A DNA stretch of 64,000 nt from an uncultured Thermoplasmatales archaeon. GTDB lineage: Archaea > Thermoplasmatota > E2 > DHVEG-1. Shown here one piece after another: positions 29,607 to 40,077 of the stretch (the first letter of the stretch is position 1; every line of letters begins with the position of its first letter). A program made the position numbers and the translations under genes. Under the pieces are notes generated by a model, which was given only the letters and a program-made list of their open reading frames with translations, had not been told where the DNA came from and searched no databases. The stretch spans positions 13,022 to 77,021 of the forward strand of contig CAZWQV010000001.1 of NCBI GenBank assembly GCA_964636235.1, given 5' to 3'.

Positions 29607-30977
29607 ATGAATTCATACTCCTCACCACATCAATTATCATTTTTCTCAAAATTAAAATATTTACCTTTACTTTCAACAGGTACATTTCTTCGTACTTATT
29701 ATCACACATGCAAAATAATCAGACAATTACAATCATCTTCATCAGATAAAATAAAACAATATCAAGTAAAACGATTACAAGAGATATTGCATCATGCAAA
29801 CCAACATGTACCATATTATCAAAAAATATTTTCAGAAAAAAACATCAAACCTTCGTCTATACAAAAAATTTCTGACATCACAAAAATTCCTCTTCTTACA
29901 AAACAATTGATTAGAAAAAATCTATCGACCTTAAAGGCAACCAACTTTCCATCAAACGCATTTCAATTACGATCAACAGGAGGTACAACTGGAAATCCTT
30001 TGCACTTTTATTTAGAAAAAGCACATTGGTTAGGAATCCATTACGCGTATAATTCAATATACATGCAACAGGCAGGGTATCATTGGAATGACAAAGTCGT
30101 TTCAATAACTGGAATTAATTCCATTAAAATGTATCATCCCTTTTTTAGAACTCTCGAGCTTTCATCATTTCATACAACATCGAAATATCTAAATCAATAT
30201 ATATCAGATATTAACAGATTCAAACCAAAATTTATTACTTCATTTCCATCCGCTCTTCTTTTGTTAACAAAATATCAACTAAACCAAGGACGTGATTTAC
30301 AAATTAATCTACAAGGAATTTTCTGTCACGGTGAATTAATCGACAGCGTTCAAAAAAAATTTCTTGAAGATACCTATCACTGCCCGGTTTTTGATCAATA
30401 TGGCCATAGAGAACAATGCGTATTTGCAACCACTTGTAAAGATTCCTCATATTATCATGTATATCCTAGTTACGGTCTAGTAGAAATATTAGATAAAGAT
30501 CATCAGCCAGTTTTAAAACAAAATAGAAAAGGAGAAATTATTGCTACGAGTTTTACCAATAGCATTTTTCCATTTATTCGATATAAAACGGAAGATTTAG
30601 CAGAAATTAGCAATGAAGCGTGTTACTGTGGTTCATCATACCCTTTAATGAAAAAAATTATAGGAAGAACGCAAGAATTTATTATTACTGCAAATAACGA
30701 AAAAATTCCTCTTACTGGATTGTATCATATCATCGCAGAACAAGCAGACATCATCAAAGAATGTCAATTATTCCAAGATACTCCCGGCAAGCTCATAGTC
30801 AATTTTGTAAAGGATGAGAACACCTCAGAAAAAAGTATCATAAAAATGAAACAATCATTTAATAAAAAATTAGGGAGTACTATCCATATAAACTTTCGTG
30901 CAGTTAAAGAGATACAAAGAACAAAATACGGAAAATTTCAATATCTCATTCAAAAAATTCCTATGAATGATAACTAG
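29607..30977 (+). CDS. Adenylate-forming enzyme, CapK / coenzyme F390 synthetase-like (PaaK superfamily)
   Basis: 456 aa; STGGTTGNP AMP-binding motif; distant paralog of the PaaK-like gene at 18547. Confidence 0.6.
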   Translation: MNSYSSPHQLSFFSKLKYLPLLSTGTFLRTYYHTCKIIRQLQSSSSDKIKQYQVKRLQEILHHANQHVPYYQKIFSEKNIKPSSIQKISDITKIPLLTKQLIRKNLSTLKATNFPSNAFQLRSTGGTTGNPLHFYLEKAHWLGIHYAYNSIYMQQAGYHWNDKVVSITGINSIKMYHPFFRTLELSSFHTTSKYLNQYISDINRFKPKFITSFPSALLLLTKYQLNQGRDLQINLQGIFCHGELIDSVQKKFLEDTYHCPVFDQYGHREQCVFATTCKDSSYYHVYPSYGLVEILDKDHQPVLKQNRKGEIIATSFTNSIFPFIRYKTEDLAEISNEACYCGSSYPLMKKIIGRTQEFIITANNEKIPLTGLYHIIAEQADIIKECQLFQDTPGKLIVNFVKDENTSEKSIIKMKQSFNKKLGSTIHINFRAVKEIQRTKYGKFQYLIQKIPMNDN

Positions 30978-30988
30978 AAAAATTCTTA

Positions 30989-31528
30989 TCATTTTTTATG
31001 AAACATAGAGTTGCCATATGCATCAATCGCAACAACAACAGGGCCAAAGTGATCAATAGTAAAGATCCATACAGCCTCTGCCATACCCAGTTCCTCAAGC
31101 CAATAAACATTTTTAACTGAGGTAATTTGATCAGCAGCGAGTGCTCCGACCCCGCCAGTATAAACAAAAAAAACCCCTTTTTCTTTTAAAGCAATTCTGG
31201 TTTTTTCTCCCATCATTCCTTTTCCAATAATTGTATTTGTATGAAATTTTTGGATGAATTCCTGTTCAAAGAGATCCATTCTTGAACTAGTAGTTGGTCC
31301 TGCAGATATCACCCGCCATTTTCCCTGTTTTTTTTCCATTAACGGCCCACAATGATAAAGTCCCATTGATTGAATATCAAAGGGAATTTTCTTTTTATCC
31401 AAAGATAATAACCGTTGATGAGCTTCATCACGGGCGGTAAAAACAGTCCCCGATAACGATACAATATCACCTACATGAAGTGAATTTAAATCATCATCTG
31501 TTAGAGGTATTGTGAGATTTGAAATCAT
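30989..31528 (-). CDS. fumB: Fumarate hydratase class I, beta (C-terminal) subunit
   Basis: 179 aa; GKGMMG motif typical of FumB/TtdB. Confidence 0.8.
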   Translation of the reverse strand: MISNLTIPLTDDDLNSLHVGDIVSLSGTVFTARDEAHQRLLSLDKKKIPFDIQSMGLYHCGPLMEKKQGKWRVISAGPTTSSRMDLFEQEFIQKFHTNTIIGKGMMGEKTRIALKEKGVFFVYTGGVGALAADQITSVKNVYWLEELGMAEAVWIFTIDHFGPVVVAIDAYGNSMFHKK

Positions 31529-31530
31529 TG

Positions 31531-32400
31531 CTACTCCACCATTTCATATCTTCCATCTTTTTTAAGAATCATTGTCGCTCTTCTGTCAGCCCAACATTGT
31601 ACTACCATTCCAACGGGTAAAGATGCAGGATGTCTTGGAGCTTTCTCAATATGAACATCTAAAACAGTTGTTTTTCCACCAAGTCCCATAGGGCCAATAC
31701 CGGTTTGGTTAATCTTTTTGATGAGATTTTTTTCAACTTTTGCCACGTTTGGATCATTATGGCGAATACCAACCGGTCGCAATAATGCCTTTTTACCCAG
31801 TTTCATAGCTAAATCCGCACCTCCACCAATGCCAATTCCAACCACAGTTGGCGGACATGGATTTCCCCCTGCGTTTTGTATTTCTCTGAGGATAAAGGAT
31901 TCCACACCTTCCATACCTTCACCTGGTTTAAGCATTACAAGCTTACTCATATTTTCACTGCCTCCACCTTTTGGAATTGCAGTTATTATAACATAATCTT
32001 CATCGATGAAATCCCAGGTGATTGCAGGGATATATTCCCCAATATTATCTTTATGATTTCTTTTAGTAAATGGGTCAAAAGTATTGGGTCGAAGAGGTAC
32101 TTCAAATGTTGCTTTTTTTACTGAAGTTAACAATAAATCTTTTAATTTTCCAATATATGGAAAATCCTTGCCAACCTCAATAAAAAAAGTCTGAACCCCG
32201 GTATCCTGACATAAAGGTCTTTTGGTTTTTTTTGCGATCTCAATATTTTTTAAAATATTTTCAAGTTGAATCCTGGCAATTCCTTCCTCTTGTTCATATG
32301 CTTTTTTTAATGCAAATATTACATCTAAAGGTAATTCAGTTTCTGCTTTTTGAATTAACCGAACTAATCCATCTACAATATATGACTCATCCATTTTCAA
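31531..32400 (-). CDS. fumA: Fumarate hydratase class I, alpha (N-terminal) subunit
   Basis: 289 aa; LCQDTGV motif; 2-bp spacing to the beta subunit. Confidence 0.82.
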   Translation of the reverse strand: MKMDESYIVDGLVRLIQKAETELPLDVIFALKKAYEQEEGIARIQLENILKNIEIAKKTKRPLCQDTGVQTFFIEVGKDFPYIGKLKDLLLTSVKKATFEVPLRPNTFDPFTKRNHKDNIGEYIPAITWDFIDEDYVIITAIPKGGGSENMSKLVMLKPGEGMEGVESFILREIQNAGGNPCPPTVVGIGIGGGADLAMKLGKKALLRPVGIRHNDPNVAKVEKNLIKKINQTGIGPMGLGGKTTVLDVHIEKAPRHPASLPVGMVVQCWADRRATMILKKDGRYEMVE

Positions 32401-32434
32401 TCATGACATCAATTAAATAATGATAAAATTTTCT

Positions 32435-33421
32435 TCACCTATATGTAATCATTCCGTGTGACTCATAAATATTTTCGATCAAATTTTTCATTTGATCATA
32501 GGTAGAAATCTTTAATATATCTGATTTAAATTGTGTATTATTCATCATTGCTGAAAAATATTTTGGAATGCTCTTTCGAGATCGAATTATTCCTTGTTTT
32601 TCACCATAAAATTGACATTGATATTTTACATGTTTCAAAGAAACAGTCTTTCTTTCTTTTAAAATTGGTGGTTGATAATATTGATTATGTAGATACTGAT
32701 GTAATTCAAGAACAATCCATGGATTACCGATTAATGATCGGCCAGGCATGACAGCATCAGCATGGGTCTTCTGTAAAATCTTTTTTGCATTTTCTCCAGT
32801 TATTCCCCCATTTGCTATGACTGGAATTGATATCATTCTCTTTGCTCTTGCAATACAATTATAATCAATAAAAGAACCGAATTTTCTATCACCTGGTCTT
32901 CCGTGTATAATTAATGCACTTGCCCCTGCCTTTTCTAATTTTTTCGCAAGTGATACAATATTTTTTGTTGCATCAGAAAAACCAGTTCTTAATTTTACTG
33001 ATACTGGTATTTTCACGGCATCAACAACTTGATGGACAATAGATTGCGCTAATTGTTCATTTTTCATAAGCGCAACCCCTTGCCCTTTCTTAATCACTTT
33101 TTTAACAGTACATCCCATATTGATATCTATAAAATCAAATCCTTTCAATTCCAATACTTTTGCTGCATCTGCCATTTCATCTGGACTATTTCCAACTAGT
33201 TGAGATCCTTTCAGATGATTTCCAGATTCCATTTGAAGTATTTTTTCGGTTTTTTGATTTTTTTCAAGGACGGCACGAGCATTTACCATTTCAGTAATGA
33301 TACAACAGGGAGAAAAAGATGCTAACAGTTTTCTAAAGGGAAAATCAGTATAACCACTAAGTGGTGGAAGCATATATTGATAGGACCGTATTTTTTGTTG
33401 AAAATCAGAAGTATTAATCAT
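32435..33421 (-). CDS. dus: tRNA-dihydrouridine synthase
   Basis: TIM-barrel flavoenzyme motifs (PLSGYTDFPFR, IDINMGC, HGR). Confidence 0.8.
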   Translation of the reverse strand: MINTSDFQQKIRSYQYMLPPLSGYTDFPFRKLLASFSPCCIITEMVNARAVLEKNQKTEKILQMESGNHLKGSQLVGNSPDEMADAAKVLELKGFDFIDINMGCTVKKVIKKGQGVALMKNEQLAQSIVHQVVDAVKIPVSVKLRTGFSDATKNIVSLAKKLEKAGASALIIHGRPGDRKFGSFIDYNCIARAKRMISIPVIANGGITGENAKKILQKTHADAVMPGRSLIGNPWIVLELHQYLHNQYYQPPILKERKTVSLKHVKYQCQFYGEKQGIIRSRKSIPKYFSAMMNNTQFKSDILKISTYDQMKNLIENIYESHGMITYR

Positions 33422-33466
33422 ATATAAAAAAGAGAAAAAAGAAGGAAATTAAATTTTCCTTTATAT

Positions 33467-35431
33467 TTATTGACGGTTTTTCACAAGTGTATCGACAATA
33501 CTTGGATCTGCAAGTGTGCTTGTGTCTCCCAGTTGATCTAAATTGCCATCAGCAATTTTACGTAGGATACGTCTCATGATTTTTCCAGATCTTGTTTTTG
33601 GAAGACCTTCAGTGTATTGGATTTTATCTGGACTTGCTATAGCCCCTATTTCCTCTCGAACGGTTTTGACAAGTTCTTTAGTAAGATTATCATCAACCGT
33701 TTCACCTGCCTTTAAGGTGACATATGCATAGATTCCTTGTCCTTTTATATCATGTGGGAATCCAACGACTGCTGCTTCTGCAACTTTCTTATGTTTCCCA
33801 AGTGCACCTTCCACTTCAGCAGTTCCAATTCGATGGCCTGATACGTTGATAACATCATCTACTCGACCAGTGATCCAATAGTATCCATCATTATCTCTAT
33901 AAACACCATCACCTGTGAAATATAGGCCGGGATATACTGAGAAATAGGTTTCTTTAAATCGTTTATGGTCTCCATAGACTGTTCTCATAAGTCCGGGCCA
34001 TGCATCTTTTATAACAAGATTACCACTGACATCATTACCTTTAATTTCAGTTCCTTGATCATCAACAACCATGGGCTCAACACCGAAGAATGGTAAAGTC
34101 GCGCTTCCTGGTTTCAATGGTGTAGCTCCTGGAAGAGGAGTAATTAAAATGCCACCAGTTTCTGTTTGCCACCAGGTATCAACAATAGGACATCGTTTTC
34201 CTCCAACGAGATTATAATACCAATGCCATTCTTTCGATTTAATTGGTTCACCCACAGTTCCTAGAAGTTTTAATGAAATAAGATCATGTTCTTTTACCCA
34301 TTCATCTCCCTCTCTCATTAGAGCTCGAAGGGCAGTTGGAGCAGTATAGAAGCTATTTACTTGATATTTTTCACAAATAGCCCAGAATCTTCCCCAATCT
34401 GGATAGTTAGGAACTCCTTCGTACATGATTGTAGTTGCCTTATTTGTAAGTGGACCATAGACAATATATGAATGCCCTGTAATCCAGCCAATATCGGCAG
34501 TACACCAATAAATATCTCCGGGGTGATAATCAAATACATATTTGTGAGTGACTGCTGCATAAACAAGATATCCACCCGTTGTATGTAGTACGCCTTTTGG
34601 TTTTCCAGTTGAACCAGATGTATATAAAATAAATAATGGATCTTCTGCATCCATTTTTTCTGGTGGACAGACCGGGTCTGCATTTTTCATTTCTTCATGC
34701 CACCAACAGTCTTTATCAGAAAATGCAACTTCCTTACCTACACGCTTTACCACAATAACAGATTCGATACTTGGAGTATCTTTTACTGCTTTGTCAGCTG
34801 TTACTTTCATGGGAAGTGGTTTTGCTCCTCGAACACCCTCATCTTGAGTGATAAGAATTTTACATTCTGAATCATTAATTCTATCTCGAAGTGAATCTGC
34901 TGAAAAACCTCCGAAAACGATAGAGTGAATTGCGCCAATTCGTGAACAGGCAAGCATTGATATTGCTAATTCTGGAACCATCTGGAGATAAATGCAAACT
35001 CGATCTCCTTTTTTGACCCCTTTGCTTTTCAAAACGTTTGCAAATTTTTGAACTTCATCAAGAAGCTCTTTGTAGGTAAATTCTTTATCCTGAGTTGGCT
35101 CATTTCCTTCCCAGATTATAGCAATATCATCTCCATATCCATTTTCGACATGTCTATCTAAGCAATTATAGGAAACATTAAGTTTACCATCAACAAACCA
35201 TTTTATTTTTGCATCATTAAAGTCGCAGTCTTTTACTTTTGTCCATTTTTTAAACCAGCTTACTTGTTCTTCTGCTAATTTTGCCCAAAATCCTTCCGGA
35301 TCTTTCACTGATTCTTCGTACATTTTTTTGTATTCTGACATATTTTTTATATATGCGCGATTACTAAATTCTGGATTTGGTGCATAAGTTGGAATAGTTG
35401 TTTCTTCAGCCATATTTTTTAATTCCTCCAT
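33467..35431 (-). CDS. acs: Acetyl-CoA synthetase (AMP-forming)
   Basis: 654 aa; [14 protein letters not shown]-binding motif, Acs-type N-terminal domain, C-terminal [11 protein letters not shown]. Confidence 0.9.
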   Translation of the reverse strand: MEELKNMAEETTIPTYAPNPEFSNRAYIKNMSEYKKMYEESVKDPEGFWAKLAEEQVSWFKKWTKVKDCDFNDAKIKWFVDGKLNVSYNCLDRHVENGYGDDIAIIWEGNEPTQDKEFTYKELLDEVQKFANVLKSKGVKKGDRVCIYLQMVPELAISMLACSRIGAIHSIVFGGFSADSLRDRINDSECKILITQDEGVRGAKPLPMKVTADKAVKDTPSIESVIVVKRVGKEVAFSDKDCWWHEEMKNADPVCPPEKMDAEDPLFILYTSGSTGKPKGVLHTTGGYLVYAAVTHKYVFDYHPGDIYWCTADIGWITGHSYIVYGPLTNKATTIMYEGVPNYPDWGRFWAICEKYQVNSFYTAPTALRALMREGDEWVKEHDLISLKLLGTVGEPIKSKEWHWYYNLVGGKRCPIVDTWWQTETGGILITPLPGATPLKPGSATLPFFGVEPMVVDDQGTEIKGNDVSGNLVIKDAWPGLMRTVYGDHKRFKETYFSVYPGLYFTGDGVYRDNDGYYWITGRVDDVINVSGHRIGTAEVEGALGKHKKVAEAAVVGFPHDIKGQGIYAYVTLKAGETVDDNLTKELVKTVREEIGAIASPDKIQYTEGLPKTRSGKIMRRILRKIADGNLDQLGDTSTLADPSIVDTLVKNRQ

Positions 35432-35570
35432 ATTTCACAATTTTTTGAGTTATTCCTCAATTTTTTCATTTAATAGGTCTTATTATCCCCCTAAATGGGG
35501 GTGCTCGAATAATCTTACAGTATAAGAAGTTTTTGTAACATTTATCCATAAATTATTGAGTAATATTAAA

Positions 35571-36620
35571 TTAAATTTCAAGAATCTTTTTAGTAATTGG
35601 TGCAAAATCAAAATGCTTTAAAAATTCCATTTGGTCAAACATATATTTTCTAACAAGCGGTGTATAACTTATAAAATCATTCTCTTTTAAAAAACGAATT
35701 TTTTGCATTTTATCCTCTTTATAATTTTGATATGAGGGATATGCAGAAATAATAACACTTTCAAATCGTCTACTTGCAAGAAAAATCGTAGAAGGTGTAT
35801 CAAGAACTGAGATATCTTCTTTAGATGGTGGTTTTCCAGGATTATATTGGAAATGATAAAATGCAAGAATTTCAAAACCCAACTTATGTAAATTTGGTAT
35901 GGTAAGATTTTTCATTAATTTGAGTTGATAAAACTTGTTTTTTAAACGAGAAACAGTATGTCTTGAAAGATTTACTATATCTCCTATTTTTTGGGTTGTT
36001 TTTTGAGGATATTCAATCAAGGTAGCAAAAACAAGTTTTTCTTTTTTTGAAAGAGGGATAGGTTTTCCATTTTTAAACCATTGTTCATCCGTTGCATTGT
36101 TAGTATTATCAATATTATAATATGTACCTAGTGTTCTACCGTAATTAAAAAATCGAATGATATTGCTTGTTTGAAAAGGAAAAATCATCTCTGATGGATA
36201 TTCATTTTCAAGTAATCCTAATTTCCCAAATGTTTCAGTTCTAATATCATTAATTTTTCCAATATTAGTATAATTTTTTGATAAACTTATTGAAAAACCC
36301 TTTTCTTGTATACCCGTAGAATAAAATATTTCATCGTAAATTTCAATTGATTCTTTTGCCCGCTCAATTCGTTCTTTTAATGGAATGATAGGATTGAATT
36401 CTGAGTGAATTACGGCTAATAATTCACTACCTAGTTTGTTTAGAAGAGGAATGCGAATTTGTTTAAATGCATCATGTTCTATTAATCGTCTTTTTATTGA
36501 TGTAAATGTTGAAAGTTTTACATTGATTATCTCAGATAATGCACTATCATTAAGCTCTGGATAGGTGACAAGTCCAAATAGTACCTTTTGTTCATTTTTT
36601 GTTAATTCTATATGATTCAC
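35571..36620 (-). CDS. Transcriptional regulator with two tandem Lrp/AsnC-like HTH modules (paralog of 9123-10091)
   Basis: Internal duplication (LTKNEQKVLFGLV ... IKRRLIEHDAF // LSKKEKLVFATLI ... SRLKNKFYQL); divergent from the acn-aclBA-icd operon. Confidence 0.5.
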   Translation of the reverse strand: MNHIELTKNEQKVLFGLVTYPELNDSALSEIINVKLSTFTSIKRRLIEHDAFKQIRIPLLNKLGSELLAVIHSEFNPIIPLKERIERAKESIEIYDEIFYSTGIQEKGFSISLSKNYTNIGKINDIRTETFGKLGLLENEYPSEMIFPFQTSNIIRFFNYGRTLGTYYNIDNTNNATDEQWFKNGKPIPLSKKEKLVFATLIEYPQKTTQKIGDIVNLSRHTVSRLKNKFYQLKLMKNLTIPNLHKLGFEILAFYHFQYNPGKPPSKEDISVLDTPSTIFLASRRFESVIISAYPSYQNYKEDKMQKIRFLKENDFISYTPLVRKYMFDQMEFLKHFDFAPITKKILEI

Positions 36621-36832
36621 ATAAAACGAAAATGATTAAGGTTTTATATAATTTTCTCATTTTCACTAAAAATGATATCAATTAATATTATTTTGATAAT
36701 TATTATAACAATTTTGCTCATAATAACGAATTATAGACACAAGAAATAGATTATTGCCGAATTGAAAGGGAAAACATTTATTAAATAGACAAACATTTAT
36801 TCGCAAAAATCTCAAATCAAGAGGTTTCCACC

Positions 36833-38773
36833 ATGGGAAAGTCAATAACTGAAAAAATACTTGACAAACATATTGTCAAAGGAACTCCTGAAAAAGGAGA
36901 AGAAGTTGGGATTAGAATTGATCAAACCTTAACCCAAGATGCTACTGGCACTATGGCATATCTTCAATTTGAGGCTATGAAAGTGCCAAAAGTCAAAACA
37001 GAATTATCGGTAAGCTATGTCGACCATAATACAGTTCAAATTGGATTTGAAAATGCAGATGATCATAAATATTTACAAAGTGTAGCTGCAAAATATGGAA
37101 TAGTATATTCAAGAGCAGGTAATGGCATCTGTCATCAAGTTCATCTTGAAAGATTTGGAAAACCTGGAAAGACATTGCTTGGATCTGATTCCCATACCCC
37201 AACAGGTGGGGGCATTGGAATGATTGCAATAGGCGCTGGTGGACTAGATGTAGCAGTAGCAATGGCCGGTGGTCCATTTTATCTAACTTGCCCTAAGGTA
37301 ATAAAGGTTAATTTGAAAGGAAAACTTAAACCATGGTGTGCCGCAAAAGATGTTGTTCTAAAAGTTTTAGAAAAATTCACCACAAAAGGTAACGTTGGAA
37401 AAGTCTTTGAATATTCCGGCCCTGGCGTAAAAACATTAAATGTACCTGCCCGAGCAACGATTACGAATATGGGTGCCGAGTGCGGTGTTACTACAAGTGT
37501 GTTCCCAAGTGATGATATTACCAAAGAATTCTTGAAAGCACAAGGTAGGGAAGATGATTGGATTGGTCTTACCGCCGATGATGACGCAACATATGATGAA
37601 GTTGTGGAAATCAATTTAAGTGAAATTGAACCATTAGCTGCAACCCCACATAGCCCAGGAAATATCAGTAAAGTAAAAGATCTAGAAGGGATGAAAGTTG
37701 ATCAAGTGTGTGTGGGAAGTTGTACAAATTCATCATATAGAGACCTTATGACAGTTGCTAAAATAATTGAAGGGAAAACAGTTCATCCCGATGTAAGTTT
37801 TGTTGTTGCACCAGGGTCAAGGCAGGTCATTCAAAATATTGCAAAAGACAGTGGTCTTACTAGCATTTTAAATGCTGGTGCTCGTCTTGCTGAATCAGCT
37901 TGTGGTTTTTGTATCGGAAATAGCCAATCACCAAAAACTGACGCAGTTAGTCTTCGAACAAGTAATCGTAACTTTTTAGGTAGAAGTGGAACAAAAAGTG
38001 CAAATGCTTATTTAGTTAGTCCTGAAACAGCAGCAGCAGCCGTATTAACTGGAGAATTTACCGATCCTAGAGATTTAGAAAAGAAGGGCATTAAATATCC
38101 AAACGTAAAAATGCCTATGAAATTCATCATTGATGATTCCATGTTTATCTTCCCAAAAGATGCGAAAAAAACAGAGATTTATCGTGGACCAAATATTGGA
38201 GATCCACCTGAAGCAGAACCATTGAAAGATACTATCAAAGGCGATGTTACTATTAAAGTTGAAGATAAAATCACAACGGATCATATCATTCCAGCCGGAT
38301 CAAAAATGAAATATCGAAGTAATGTTCCAAAATACTCAGAATTTTTATTTGAAGTGGTTGATCCAACATTTCATGATAGAGCAAAACAACTCAAGGAAAG
38401 AGGAAGAGATAACATCATTGTAGCAGGTCTCTCATATGGACAAGGTAGTAGCAGAGAACATGCTGCATTATGTCCTATGTATATGGGTGTGAAAGCAGTC
38501 ATTGCAAAATCAATAGAACGAATCCATAATGCAAATCTGATTAATTTTGGTATTTTACCATTGAATTTTAAAAATGAAAAAGACTATGATACAATAGACC
38601 AAGGGGACGAACTGGAGATTCCAAACATTAAATCAATTTTAAAGGATGGAAAAAATTTAATAGTGAAAAATAAAACGAAAGGAACTGAATTTGAAGTTAC
38701 CTACAATCTTTCTGATAGGCAAAAAAATGTATTGCTTGCAGGAGGAACACTTGCATTTATGAAAGATAAATAA
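36833..38773 (+). CDS. acn: Aconitate hydratase (catalytic plus swivel domains, 646 aa)
   Basis: Aconitase family motifs (IRIDQTLTQDATG, GSDSHT, CTNSS, SYGQGSSREHAA swivel); first gene of operon with ACL and IDH. Confidence 0.82.
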   Translation: MGKSITEKILDKHIVKGTPEKGEEVGIRIDQTLTQDATGTMAYLQFEAMKVPKVKTELSVSYVDHNTVQIGFENADDHKYLQSVAAKYGIVYSRAGNGICHQVHLERFGKPGKTLLGSDSHTPTGGGIGMIAIGAGGLDVAVAMAGGPFYLTCPKVIKVNLKGKLKPWCAAKDVVLKVLEKFTTKGNVGKVFEYSGPGVKTLNVPARATITNMGAECGVTTSVFPSDDITKEFLKAQGREDDWIGLTADDDATYDEVVEINLSEIEPLAATPHSPGNISKVKDLEGMKVDQVCVGSCTNSSYRDLMTVAKIIEGKTVHPDVSFVVAPGSRQVIQNIAKDSGLTSILNAGARLAESACGFCIGNSQSPKTDAVSLRTSNRNFLGRSGTKSANAYLVSPETAAAAVLTGEFTDPRDLEKKGIKYPNVKMPMKFIIDDSMFIFPKDAKKTEIYRGPNIGDPPEAEPLKDTIKGDVTIKVEDKITTDHIIPAGSKMKYRSNVPKYSEFLFEVVDPTFHDRAKQLKERGRDNIIVAGLSYGQGSSREHAALCPMYMGVKAVIAKSIERIHNANLINFGILPLNFKNEKDYDTIDQGDELEIPNIKSILKDGKNLIVKNKTKGTEFEVTYNLSDRQKNVLLAGGTLAFMKDK

Positions 38774-38787
38774 GAAGGGGTAAACGT

Positions 38788-40074
38788 ATGGCACAAAAAG
38801 GTATAAGAGAGTATGATGCAAAAAGAATGATGGCGAAAGCTTTACCTGAGTATTCAAATGGAAAAATCAAATTTGAAGCAAAACAGGTATTGATTGGTCC
38901 TGACACAGATCTGAATAAACTTGAAAAAGAAAATCCTTGGCTTAAAAAAGAAAAATTAGTTGCTAAACCGGATCAATTATTCGGAAAAAGAGGGAAAAAT
39001 AATCTTCTTTATGTCAATAAATCATGGGATGAAGTGAAAAAGTGGATCAAGGAACGAATGAACAAAAAAGTTACTATCAAACAAACAACTGGTGAAACCA
39101 CAGGTGTTCTTACTCATTTTCTGGTGGAAAAATTTGTACCTCATAAAGAAGAATATTACGTTGCTATCACCACCCATAGAGAAAAAGATATTATCCATTT
39201 TTCTATGAAAGGTGGTGTAAATATCGAAGAAGTATGGGATAGCGTTGTCACTCTTGAAATTCCTATATTAAAATCAATTGACGAGGTAAATGTAGAAAAA
39301 TTTTTACCAAAAGAACTTGGTGATAAAAAAGAAAAAGTAGCATTATTTATAAAAACAATTTACAAGATGCTGGTGGATTATCATTTTGTCTATTTGGAAT
39401 TGAATCCATTCACTTTTGTAAATAATGAACCTGTTGCTCTAGATACTGTTGCAAAAGTCGATGATTATGCTTCATATCAATGTGCTGAAAAATGGGGAAA
39501 TCTGAAATTTCCCAGCCCATTTGGACTTAATAAAATAAAAGAGGAAGAGCGAGTGGATGACCTTGACGAACGAACAGGTGCATCATTAAAATTAACCGTA
39601 CTAAATCCTGAAGGACGTATATGGAATTTAGTTGCTGGTGGTGGTGCAAGCGTTATTTACGCTGATACAGTTGCAGATCTTGGATTTACTGATGAGCTTG
39701 CAAATTATGGTGAATACAGTGGTAATCCAAGTACTGAGCTTACCTATGAATATACAAAAACAATCCTTGATCTTATGACAAGATCTAAAGATAAAAAAGG
39801 ACGTCCAAAATTTTTGATTATTGGTGGAGGAATAGCTAATTTCACTGATGTTGCTAAAACATTCACAGGAATTATTCAAGCTATAGATGAATATGCAGAT
39901 AAACTAAAGAAAACCAATGTAAAAATATATGTCAGGAGAGGTGGACCAAATTATAAAGAGGGGCTTGAAAACATGAGAAGACTTGGGAAAAAACTTGGCC
40001 TTCCAATTGAGGTGTACGGTCCCGAAACACATATGACACGTATTGTTTCAATGGCTCTTAAAGGAGGTGAATGA
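38788..40074 (+). CDS. aclB: ATP-citrate lyase beta subunit (ATP-grasp, SucC-like)
   Basis: 428 aa ATP-grasp protein; 3 bp from the aclA start. Confidence 0.78.
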   Translation: MAQKGIREYDAKRMMAKALPEYSNGKIKFEAKQVLIGPDTDLNKLEKENPWLKKEKLVAKPDQLFGKRGKNNLLYVNKSWDEVKKWIKERMNKKVTIKQTTGETTGVLTHFLVEKFVPHKEEYYVAITTHREKDIIHFSMKGGVNIEEVWDSVVTLEIPILKSIDEVNVEKFLPKELGDKKEKVALFIKTIYKMLVDYHFVYLELNPFTFVNNEPVALDTVAKVDDYASYQCAEKWGNLKFPSPFGLNKIKEEERVDDLDERTGASLKLTVLNPEGRIWNLVAGGGASVIYADTVADLGFTDELANYGEYSGNPSTELTYEYTKTILDLMTRSKDKKGRPKFLIIGGGIANFTDVAKTFTGIIQAIDEYADKLKKTNVKIYVRRGGPNYKEGLENMRRLGKKLGLPIEVYGPETHMTRIVSMALKGGE

Positions 40075-40077
40075 TCT

